From Octopus sinensis (Eukaryota): a stretch of DNA of 64,000 nucleotides. The stretch lies in contig NC_043002.1 of assembly GCF_006345805.1 (NCBI RefSeq), positions 25,916,001 to 25,980,000 of the forward strand. The letters are read 5' to 3'. Below the pieces are notes generated by a model. The model searched no databases, had not been told where the DNA came from, and saw only the letters and a program-made list of their open reading frames with translations. Of the stretch, positions 13,697 through 25,855 are shown piece by piece (the stretch's first letter is position 1; each line of letters opens with the position of its first letter). The position numbers and the translations under genes are program-made.

Positions 13697-15602
13697 TTCT
13701 TTCTTTATTGGCCACCAGGGCCGAACACAAAACATGGAAAATGATACAGAGACGAGGAATAGTGCGGTTAAACGTGTAAACAACCAACAAACACAACAAA
13801 CACAACGATTAACAAAAAGATTAAATCAACAATATGATTCCAAAATATGGGATGGAGTTCCACTGAAAGGTGACCAAAGAGATCTCACGCACTTTGGACC
13901 CCTTAACGCCAACAGCACCCAAGAAGGCATCCTCTCTTCTCACTTCCATCCGGCCAACAGCTGCACACTTAGAGTAGGCCCATTCACGTTGGCCATTCTT
14001 GCCACATTCACCCACCTTTCAACGAACTTACTGGGTGACAGTACCTCCCTCTCCAGCCTCACTTTCCTTTTCAGGTGGATCCTGAAAAAGTCAATGAAAG
14101 GAAGGAGGCGGGGCGCTCTTCACAATGGACTTAGACAATATCCGGATCCTTCCTACACGTGACAATAACTGCTAGACAAAGCTCCACAAGTCAGTAATGC
14201 GCGGACACTGTACGAGAGCATGCCGGACAGTTTCATCGCTCCGCGTGCATCTCGGATGAGCCCGACTGACAGCACAACCGTGCCTGTAGAGCTTATCTCG
14301 AACCGGCGGCTCCCAGAGATTTCTATTAGTTATCCATAGTTCCCGGCCCGAAAGTCTTCCGGAAGAGACCAGCCAGTCGATTCCTCTTGACGCCCAGGAC
14401 CTCACCAAGCATGTCATCGCTCTTGCTCTCCTCTGATCCCCTATAGAACTCCAAGGTGGAAGTCCACTGACCGCATTACCCGACTGGCTGAGGGCTGTGA
14501 GCGCTTGGAGGCACTCTAGATACCAAGCGCTCTGCCTCAGTCTACGCCTGATCCAAGACTGTAGTTCCGTCAAGGAGACAAGCTGCGGAAAAGCGCGTTC
14601 AACTAACAGTGACCACACCTGCTCACCATTAAAGTATTGGTGGAGATGTCACAGCTTCAGTGTATGTCTGTGCATCCTCAGCCACAGTATCTCCAGTCCT
14701 TCATGCAAGTAGAGCTGACAGCAAATGGACCGTCTGACAGGCGGTACCTGTCCTTCCCACAGGAAGTGGAAGAGCAAACGCACCAGCCCGTTCAACCACG
14801 AAGCGGATGAAGGGACGACAGTTAGACATGTGTAGTATATGACGGATGCGATGTACGCACTCTCCACCTTCACCCGACCTTCAGGGAAGCTTCCAATTGG
14901 CCCATTTCTGGGTGAGACTGGCCACCCCGTCTGTCATCTTGCCCCTGTTCTTGTCCATTTGGAGCTCCGGACCGAACCAAACCCCGAGCAACTTAACAGG
15001 CCCTTCTGTTCAGCGCCCCACTACGCTGTCGGTTGGCATGGGCCTGCCTCTCAAGGTGCCGAGCTGCAGGTCCATTGACTTCTGGCTGATCATTGCTCCT
15101 GTCACAGCTTCGTATTCCCTTAGGGCAATGCCGACCATCTCGATTTTCGAGATGTCCGTCACTATCACGGTGAAGTCGTCCGCATACGCCGCCACAAACC
15201 TTCCGCATCCCAGTTCACGTGGGACGCTCCTTGAAACCGCCAGCTTCCACAGTAATGGCTCGAGTGCCAGTACGGAGTAGCTATTTACTTTGACCACCGA
15301 ATAGATGTCGTTGTACATTGCAACGATGCAGCTGAAAACGGGACCGAAACCAGCCGCTTTGAGGACAGCCTCCAAGTACAGATGGTCGAAACTATCAAAA
15401 GCTTTCGATCGAACCCAATGGATCAGGACCCCACCTATGCCAGGTTCTTTACCAACCCTCTCAATGATGTATCACGAGAGGTGGAGGTTGTCGTGTATAG
15501 TTTTGCTGGGGATAATGCAAGTCTACGCATCACGTACCAGTCTGTCAACGACAAGCACCAACCTCTTTGCTAAGATCTTGGTCAAAATTTTGCAATCCAC
15601 AG
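13697..15602 (-). mobile_element. Older 5'-truncated Tx1-clade LINE (copy E) ending in (TTA)n
   Basis: Minus-strand ORFs contain AAYADDFTVIV, AYIASVIYY and RDKLYRHG...ALVQCP. 3' end is ggccctggtggccaataaagaaagaa, then (TTA)n. Confidence 0.9.
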
Positions 15603-15604
15603 AC

Positions 15605-16199
15605 ACAACCTCACGCGTACACACATACCCACACGTACATACATACACACACATACACTACATACACGCACACACACATACTTCAATCTACCAGTTAAAC
15701 AACTTTCTACTGACCATTCTCCTATGCACATGTGTGGGTAGACACACAACAGACAGCCACTCCTACCAAAATTCTTACTATAAATTCTTCCTATGACCTT
15801 AAACAACACTACGTCCAACCACACACATACACAAACAACAGCCAGAACCACACACACACACGCACACACATACACGTACTATCATTACACACATACATAG
15901 ACCTGCACGCACGCACATACCCGCACATACACACACATACCTCCTTCTCTTGCACTCTCCTGTCTTTGAAAGAACTTTTTCTCCACCCATCCGTTCCGGT
16001 CATTTCAATATGTGACCGCGTGTGTATCGTTGGCGATTTTCTTTCTCTGTCTTTCCCTCTTTGGACTTTTTCTATATTTCTGATGAAGAGCTCCGCTCGA
16101 AACGTTAAATCCTCTTTCTTTCCTTTCCTGTGCGTCCAATAACACAGTACTTGTTCCACGGCCTCGCGTTGTTGTTTTTTCTTGCTTGTTCATGTTTAG

Positions 16200-16206
<7 letters not shown>
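15605..16206 (+). mobile_element. Penelope-like terminal repeat (pLTR-like) segment containing an HHR
   Basis: Pyrimidine/CA-rich non-coding block with a minimal HHR at 16076-16110, ending in (TA)n; boundaries approximate. Confidence 0.55.
16076..16110 (+). ncRNA. Minimal type I hammerhead ribozyme (PLE type)
   Basis: attt-CTGATGA-A-gagc-tcc-gctc-GAAA-cg-TT-aaat. Stem I attt/aaat, stem II gagc/gctc, palindromic AACGTT stem III. Confidence 0.75.
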
Positions 16207-16294
<88 letters not shown>

Positions 16295-17542
16295 ATGTAT
16301 GTATGTATGTATATGTGTATGCATGTGTATGTATTATTCACGTACGTATCTATGTAGAGATATATGAAACCGACACTTCGTATTTCATAGCTCTATCATG
16401 TCTTCGACATCGAGCATACTTCAATAGCCAATTGGTGCACTTGGTTCTATTATTAAATATTTATGCGCTGATAATCTGTAAAAAAAAGAAAGAAATAGTA
16501 ACCAACCAATAAACACATTTGAAATACAGTTTGTAAGCAAAACAGTAAACATATGCTAGACATTTTGTAAATTTCAAAATTAAAATCTTTACCGTTGTAG
16601 TAATCAAAATTCCAGTACTGTAGATTTATTACTTTATTAGAAATCAGCTCCTTAATGGAAAATACTTAAATAATTGAAAAGTAAAGATATCTTTGATAGC
16701 GTTCATTCTTCTTTAGTACGGGGTTGCCTCATAATGTGAATTGATGCGGGAGAGATATCGCTCATATCGATACGTCACTTTGTCTGATATTGGACTATCC
16801 CCGTAAGCCGTGTGTCTGTGATAAGAAGAGAAAAGTGAACCCAGAACCCTAAAATATCTTGTTCGATACTCTGATTATCCTACGAATTGACCAATAGAAA
16901 GGTAATTCAAAAATGGAAGATAACATACAATATGCCTATCCATTAATATATTGAAAAAAATAAGAAAAGGTAGGATAGATAAGGTTTTCTTATGAAATAT
17001 ATTTATGTAACGCCACAAACAAAACTGTTTTTGCTATATCAGCGAACAAAGAGATATAGCTACCATGATAAAAATGTCCCTATCAGTGTGCTTCTATTCA
17101 GGAAATAGAAACGCAATGGTAGATATTATTTATCTACTGCGAAAAATATATCTGAAGAAACGCCAAAATTCAATGTTTTTGGTGGTTACTGGAAATTTCA
17201 TTTAGAGATAAGAATAGAATAATAGAATGATGTACTGTGAAAAGATGATTCCCTTGGTCTTTAGACTGCTAAAAATAACAGCTAAAACTTAATCCATGCA
17301 ACAGCATCTTAATTAATCTAAATTATTTTAATACATACAAATTCATACATACACGTGCACACAGGTGTGTGTGTATATACAGTATATGATAATATATATG
17401 TTTATCCATCTATTTATCTATCTATCATACACGTGCATACAGATGTGTATATGTGTGTGTGTATATACAGTATATGATAAATATATATATATGTGTGTGT
17501 GTGTGTGAGTGTGTGCGTGTGTGTGCGTCTATCTATCTATCA

Positions 17543-17582
<40 letters not shown>

Positions 17583-17583
17583 C

Positions 17584-17625
<42 letters not shown>

Positions 17626-17630
17626 AATCA

Positions 17631-17707
<77 letters not shown>

Positions 17708-17866
17708 CACTTGAAAAGGAAAGTGAGAGTAGAGAGGCAAGTTTTGTCTAGCGAATGTTTTAAAAAAAGATGGGTGAATGTAGCAAGAATGGCACGTATG
17801 AATGACGAAGCCACCTTGAGCATAGTCCTATGAACCCAGAAATCGAAAACAGAGAGTTGCTTATTT

Positions 17867-17899
<33 letters not shown>

Positions 17900-18232
17900 A
17901 ATATAAAATGTGACTTCATTGACCGAGGTTACCGTGGTCTTTTCCGTAGGCTTTTCTTTCCACGGGTAAACCTCACCTGTCCTCCCCTTTACACTTCATA
18001 TTGACATTTCTGTGATAACGATCCCTATTGATCAATTTTTTTTTCCTCTCCCCCTTTTTTTTTTTTTTTTTAACCCTTTTTTTTTGTCCTCTTTCTCTCC
18101 TTTTACGATCCCCTTTGATCGAAACTCCCCCTTCCTATTTTTTTTTTTTTTTTTTTAAACCTTCAAAAGAAAAGCTCTACCTTGTAATTTGTTCTATCTG
18201 TGTGCAGCCCTGTGTGGCTAATAAAGAAACAT
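17708..18232 (+). mobile_element. Tx1-clade LINE, short 5'-truncated copy A0 inside (TATC)n
   Basis: [41 protein letters not shown] plus a 3' UTR near-identical to A1-A3; (TATC)n on both sides. Confidence 0.95.
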
Positions 18233-18983
18233 ATCTATCTATCTATCTATCTATATATCTATCTGTCTGTCTATATACACACATATATCTAAATGTGTGC
18301 ATATATGTGTGTGCGCGAACGTGTTCATGTTTGTTTGTGCTTGTGCTTGTGCTTGTGTGTGCGCGCGCGTGTGGCCAGTTTCCTTTTAAAAGATGGCAGG
18401 GTTTGATCTGATGCAGATTTTGAAGCCAATCTTCAGAGCTTTATTTAACACATTAAGACTATTTCGGGACGAATATATATTGTTCAACACCAGTCGCAGC
18501 CATTTTGTCTTCCGTCTTCCTCTCGAACATTGAATATTTAAAATCTAAGAGAGGTTTGGCTGCTATTTCTAGCAGATAGACCAACACTGCAATCACTTTC
18601 GCTGGCCTGGATATCTAGTTAAATTCGGTGAATTCAGGGATTTTAGGGTTTTAAGTCAATCATATCGACTCAAGTACTCATGTTATTGTATAGTATTTAT
18701 TTTACAAACCCAACTTGTTGAAACGCTACTACTACAAGATATAAACCGAAACCCAAACATACAGACACACACATGCGCAAACATACGTATATATATACAC
18801 AATAAGCTTCCTTAAAGTTTCTGTAAACCAAGTTTCACTCCCATGGATTATTCGATCAACTGTAATAGTAGAATACGTTAACTTAAGGTTACATATAATG
18901 GAAACTAACCCGAGACTACGTGACATCAGATCGAACTTTTTAATCTCATAGCCTGCGTGTATGCGCGTATCCATGTGTACATA

Positions 18984-19089
18984 TTGGGTTGGAACAAAAG
19001 TTCGTACCACTTTTGAATTTGTGAAGTTTAAACACATGATTTCCTTTCTCACGTAAGAGAAGCATGCGTCCTACACACACACTCACACA

Positions 19090-19152
<63 letters not shown>

Positions 19153-20046
19153 CACATTCTTAACGGTGATTTCAACACGTCTTTCAATACTACTGCGTGA
19201 GTTGTATATTCCTACCTTTTCATTTTATACCTTTGATAATTTTTAAAGTGAAAATGGAGGAAAATGAGATACATTTTCATAATTTGATGCACTTTTATCT
19301 CCGTAAAAGGTAAAGAAAAAAAAAGCAAACGCTCTACAGACAACAAAATAAACATGGGAAGATGGTACTACAGCAAAGAGAACTGTTCGTTAGTGGTTCG
19401 CTAGATTTAGGAATGAAATTCAGAAGACGTGAACATTCCGTTTGGCCTACAGACGTTGATGATGAGCAAATCGAAACACAATTAGAAAAGAATCCAGGTT
19501 ATACGGCAGATAAGATCACAGAGATACTCCACATATCTCATACGGGCGTTATAAGGCATTTAAAACACTTGGATACGCAAATTGCTATGGTATTTGTGTG
19601 TCTTATAATTTAAGAAAAAAAATTACTTGGCTGCATTTCTATCTACGATTCTCTGCTCAGACATAACAAAAGCGACCTACTTTTGAAACGAACAATAAAT
19701 CGGTGATGGAAAATGAATTTTTTACAATGTGGAGCGAAGAAGTCTTGGAGAAAAACGAAATGAACACATTTAATCATTCCAAAAGCTAGTCAGTATCCGA
19801 AGAAGGCGACACCCTGAAGCACATTGTGTACTACGTGAGTCTTCAGCAAAATCAGACGTTGAATTCAGACGTTTATTGTTTAAAATCAGACCAGTTAAAG
19901 GGGAAAATCAATGAAAAACGTCCAGAATTGACCAATAAGAAGGGTGTCGTCTTACTTCAAGACAATGCTAGACCTCATATTTCCTTGCAGACCCGGCAGA
20001 AATTGGTACACCTTGGCTGAGATGTCCTACCATACCTTCCATACTT
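18984..20046 (+). mobile_element. Decayed mariner (Tc1/mariner) DNA transposon, 3'-truncated
   Basis: TA followed by TIR-like ttgggttggaacaaaagttcg. Transposase remnant starts MEENEIHF at 19254, includes DDEQIETQLEKNP...HISHTGVIRHLKHL and QDNARPHISLQTRQKLVHLG; multiple stops and frameshifts. Confidence 0.85.
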
Positions 20047-21152
20047 GTGAAAGACTGTAAGAACCATGTAGACCCGTCCATGACCCTACTTGAATGTATA
20101 GCTGAAGCTGGTGACGCGCATTCCAGAATTCCAGAATAGTACTTGGGATTAATGAGTCTATTGATTCTACAATTATTCCTATTCCTGATTATTTTTTCTT
20201 TAATTGTCTGTATAGCTAAGATAGAGCTTTAACAGCCAGTGTTGCAGTGCAGTCTTGTGGTCGTGAAGGTAAGTGTGTGTGGTTGTTTGACGTTGATTTT
20301 CCATGATGTGACAAGAATTTGATTGTAGTTTTGCAGCAGTAATCAGTCCCTTTCTCATATCCATGAGTTTTATCATTTCTAAAAACTTTTGTCGCCGCGT
20401 GAAGGTAGTCAGTGGGTGTTCTCTGTATCTAACATTAACGACGCAAAGCGCATCGTTTTGTGACCTGTGGGGTTCATTGCTGTTGAGTATTGCAAGTTTG
20501 AAAACCGAGACAGGATGGGCATAACTCACCATCAATCTAATAATGTATTGCTTATAAACGGCTAACGTTGTTGCCCTCCATTAGATTTGGTAGTTTTCTG
20601 TTATGTAAGAAACAAAATAATGCTGACATTGATTCAGCGGACGTTTGTAAGTGATTTCTATTGCATTATACCAATGAAATAAGAAATTAAAAACATACAA
20701 CAATATATAATTAAATGTTCTTTGAAGAAATAATGTTTGTGAATAATTCAATTAGTATTTTTTTTTGCTATATTCCAGTGTAATGTATTTTCAGATAGGA
20801 AGGCTTCAATTGAAAATAATTACAGATTATAGTGAGTGCGTTAAACAAATGTTTCTAAGAGGATTACTGCAAGCTAAAATTAACTTAAAACGTATGTTGT
20901 GTATGTTACTGCTTGTTATTGAAGCAAACCATTTTTATGAATAGACTCACTGCTAAGAATTACCCTGTATGTGAATAAATACAATTTCAAATGTTTGGCT
21001 CTCTATATTTTATGAAAAACAACCTCCATTTGGGGATTATTATATATTATAAGAACCAATCTGAAACAGAAATAATAAACAAGCCGATTGTCATTTTTAA
21101 CCGGCTAAACACATGCACATACATACATACATACATACATAATACATACATA

Positions 21153-21253
<101 letters not shown>

Positions 21254-21270
21254 GTCTGTCTATCTATCTA

Positions 21271-21331
<61 letters not shown>

Positions 21332-21338
21332 CTGTCTG

Positions 21339-21497
<159 letters not shown>

Positions 21498-21510
21498 GTC
21501 TGTCTATCTA

Positions 21511-23511
21511 TGGGGCCCTGATCAACTTGGATCAATCAAAAGCCTTTGATAGGGTAGACCATCGATACTTGGAGGCAGTCCTGAGAGCGGCTGGTTTCGG
21601 TCCCGTCTTCCGCGGCTGGATAGCTGCCTTGTACAGAGGCATCCGTTCGGTAATTCGCGTAAATGGACATCTATCGAGACCTTTCGACATTGCACGTTCG
21701 GTCCGTCAGGGATGCCCCCTCTCGGCGCTTCTATACGTATTGACTCTTGAGCCACTACTGCGGAAGCTGGCGACTCTAAGGGGCATCCCGCGAGAATTGG
21801 GATGCGGGACGAGCGTGTCTGCATACGCGGACGATGTCACCGTCATAGTGTCTAGCCACGAGCACATCGAGCTGGTCGGCGAGACACTGAAAAACTACGA
21901 AGCGGTGACAGGAGCGAAAATCAACCGGGAAAAGTCAGTGGCTTGCGACTAGGCACCTGGAGAAGCAAGCCCATGCCGTCCACCAGCGCCTCCGTCGTGG
22001 GACGCTGGACCGACGGCCCGGTTGAGTTGCTCGGGGTCTGGTTTGGTCCGGACCTCCAAGTGGAGAAGAACTGGAACGAGATAACGAGTAGGGTGGTCAC
22101 TCTCGCCCGGCAATGGGCCGAGAGGAAACTGTCCCTAAAAGGTCGAGCGGAGGTGGCGAACACGTACATCGCGTCCGTCTCTACTACCGCCTGACCGTCG
22201 TACCTTGTCCCGACCCTACCATCACCAAACTACAACGCATCCTTTTCGCTTCTTGTGGAAAGGATGCGTCCCGATGGTCAGGCGATCCATTTGCTGTCAA
22301 CACCCGTTAAAAGGAGGGCTGGGCATGCCGTGGTTGATGATGCGCAGACACGCGCTGAGACTGCGACATCTCTGGCTCTATGTAGACGACGGTGAACAGG
22401 TGTGGTCGCCGTTTGTGAGGCACGCTTTCCCGCAGCTCGTCTCCATGACCGAACTGCAGTCGTGGATCAAAAAGAGGCCGAGGAAGGGCGAATGGCACCG
22501 CGAGTGTCGCGTTGCTCTCAAGCAACTCTGCCGTCCTGGGTCGACCTTAAGTGACTTCAACACAACCAAAGCATTCTATAGGGGTTTAGTGGAGGGGAGG
22601 TACGACGACGAGCTCGGGGCGAACCTGGACGTCGACGAGGAGTACCTGACCCGCCTGTTCGGGACGACTTTCGGGCCAGGGCCCATGGACAACTTCCAGA
22701 GATCCCTGGCCTGGCAGTGCTACCGAGAAGCGCTACCCGTTCGGGATAAGCTCTACAGACACGGCTCGAGAAACACGGGGCCGACCTGCCCGAGATGCGG
22801 TCAGAGCGACGAAACCGTTCTGCACGCACTCGTTCAGTGTCCAACAATTTCCGACCTGTGGGCTTATGTCGAAAAACTGCTGTCACGTGTGGGACGAGTC
22901 GGTTTATCAGCTGAGTCTATCGTCAATATTGTCACGCCTCCTTCCTTCAAACGGGAAGGAAGAGCTATTTTCATCATCCTTGTGGCTATGGCGAAAGAAT
23001 GTATCTGGTGGACGCGTCTGAAAGGATTGGAGAGACAAACACTTTCCTCTCTGGTCAATCTCTCATCAACTTCTTCAAGTACCACTTGAAAAGAAAGTGA
23101 GAGTAGAGAGGCAAATTTTGTCTAGCGAATGTTTTAAAAAAAGATGGGTGAATGTAGCAAGAATGGCACGTATGAATGACGAAGCCACCTTGAGCATAGT
23201 CCTATGAACCCAGAAATCGAAAACAGAGAGTTGCTTATTTGCAAAAAAAAAAAAAAAAAAAAAAAAGAATATAAAATGTGACTTCATTGACCGAGGTTAC
23301 CGTGGTCTTTTCCGCAGGCTTTTCTTTCCACGGGTAAACCTCACCTGTCCTCCCCTTTACACTTCATATTGACATTTCTGTGATAACGATCCCTATTGAT
23401 CATTTTTTTTTTTTTTTCCCTCCCCCCCCCCCCTTTTTTTTTTTTTTTAACCCCCCTTATTTTTGTCCTCTTTCTCTCCTTTTACGATCCCTTTTGATCG
23501 AACCTCCCCCT

Positions 23512-23545
<34 letters not shown>

Positions 23546-23617
23546 CCTTCAAAAGAAAAGCTCTACCTTGTAATTTGTTCTATCTGTGTGCAGCCCTGTG
23601 TGGCTAATAAAGAAACA

Positions 23618-23618
<1 letters not shown>
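21511..23618 (+). mobile_element. Tx1-clade LINE, 5'-truncated copy A1
   Basis: [21 protein letters not shown] and CPRC..ETVLHALVQC motifs; complete 3' UTR; flanked by (TATC)n. Confidence 0.95.
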
Positions 23619-23690
<72 letters not shown>

Positions 23691-23695
23691 GTCTG

Positions 23696-23736
<41 letters not shown>

Positions 23737-23936
23737 TGACGGATGTGATGTCGTTTCAGCTCCGAAGGTAATCATTTATTTTGACTATTTATAGGCCAAT
23801 TTTTGTGTAGATTTTTGCAAATAAGGTGTGTAAGGCAACCAACTTTCATTTGAGTGCTTTTCCAAGGGAGGAATTCGCCCCTAGGGGCAGTTTCGACCCC
23901 ATTTCATTTCTGTTATTTTTTTCTCGACATTAGAAA

Positions 23937-25798
23937 ATGTCTAGAAATTTTATTGTTGAACGCTGGTCGCGTTCTTTTTTGGAACAAAATTTTCCTAGTC
24001 TGGAAACGACAGAAAAAAAAAGAACGTTCGCACGGAAAATGCCAACGTGAAATTCGGTGAAAGGAACGCTGCAACCACGTGCGTTAACAGCCCTGTCACC
24101 ACCGCCACCACCACCACTAACAACAGCAACCACGAGACAACAACTGCTACCACCACCACCTCCACCACCACCACCACCACCACTACCACGACCAACATAA
24201 ATGATAAAAATAAAACTGAAACGAAAACTATTGACAAAAACAACAGCAACAACAAGAACAACAATAAAAATGAACTATCTAATAGTGAAGATGCTAATAC
24301 AAAAAAGTCAACAACAGTAAATTTCGCAGATATTCTTCGCCAGAAAAGGAGATTGTTACATTCACAAATGAAGAGCTCATAGAAACAAGAGCTCTCTTTA
24401 CAACCCGTGGACAAGATTTAGTCCTGCATACACCTCAACATATAAAACAAGAATTGAAAATAAGACAATTGTATATAAAATTATTAGAAAAAACAAAAAA
24501 CCAATGAACAGATTACAAAACTGATGTGGAGAAATGTTTAAAAAACTAATGAAAGAAAAAGAGTATATAAACTGGGGTCCCCAGTTTAACACAGTAGTGG
24601 TCGTCCGCTTCCCTAACCAGGAAGTGGCAAAAGCTCACTCTACTGAGTCTCTGGGAAATGATGAAATCATCATGGTCCCTTATTATAAAAACCAGAGGGT
24701 GAGTAGAATTACTATCAGAAATGTACCCCCCGATATGCCGAACAAATGGATAACAGGGGCAATCTGTTACCACTTGAAAAAGATCAATATTCTAGAAACA
24801 GCCGTGTACCTAAACGACAATTGGGGTGGAAAAACAGTAGTTGTGACCATCCAGATTGAGGGGGCCTCTATCGAGAGCCTACCCGACAAGATATACTTGG
24901 AGAATGGGCAATGCCTATATGTTATGGCAGAAGGCAAAAAGCCTAGATGCTACAAATGTGGCAGCCCCGAACATTTGATTGCCAAGTGCGATCTGGTACA
25001 GAAAAAACAAGAAAGAACAATTCAGAAAACAAATAAAATCCCTTTGTTGCCAACACCAACACACTCAATTATGGAACAACGCCAAGAAAAACAACAAACC
25101 CCAACAACATCACCAAGAAAAACAGTACCAACACAATCACCGTTGACGTCACAACCAATTAAACTTGTTGAATCTTCAAAAAATCGACCCACACCCACAC
25201 CCAGGACGACAATTAAAAAGACAGAAAACACTGACGAGAAGACAAATGCTACCCCTAACACCACAACAACACAAACACCGCACAAAACATCAACAATTTA
25301 TACAAGCATACATAGTGATCCTGTTCTTTTTCCTCTACCCCATACTGAAACCTCGAAAGTTCGACGGAATGGCAAATAGCCACAGGGGGTAAAAGAAAAA
25401 GATCCAAAAAATCCACCAAACAAGGAATTAAAGCAGGGAGATATCTCACTCAGGACAACATTCCCCTAGACAATCAAAAAAGTAATGAACCCGTAAAACC
25501 ACACACACAACTAACTGCAATAGACACAGACAATAAAGAATTAATGGACTACATCAAATCTAACATGGTCGTCTGTGAAGATGATTTTAAGACAAACAAT
25601 CATCCGCACACCACACCACCGAAACACATCAGAATTTTACACATAACACAAGCACAACACCACATACTGAAAACATTATTTCCGAATGCGGTAGGCGGGT
25701 ATCAACGATACCTGTCGAAAAAACTATACAAACACCTCATCAAAAACGATACAAAAGAAGAAGAAGAAAAAAATGAAACTTTTAAAATGAGTAAGTGA
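23937..25798 (+). CDS. LINE ORF1 (nucleic-acid-binding, Gag-like protein), frameshifted in this assembly
   Basis: ATG at 23937; ORF pieces 24047-24382, 24534-25379 and 25544-25798. CX2CX4HX4C knuckle CYKCGSPEHLIAKC at 24948-24989, preceded by an RRM-like segment (RITIRNVPPD). Confidence 0.8.
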
Positions 25799-25855
25799 CC
25801 TCACTTCTTGCCTCTTGTCTCTTCTAATATAGTGTGTAAAACACAATTTTCGTAA

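Noticed and set aside
20236-20274. Possible plus-strand micro-exon ending gaag|gtaagt
   Set aside because: A single good donor with a short, uninformative peptide and no partner exons identified.
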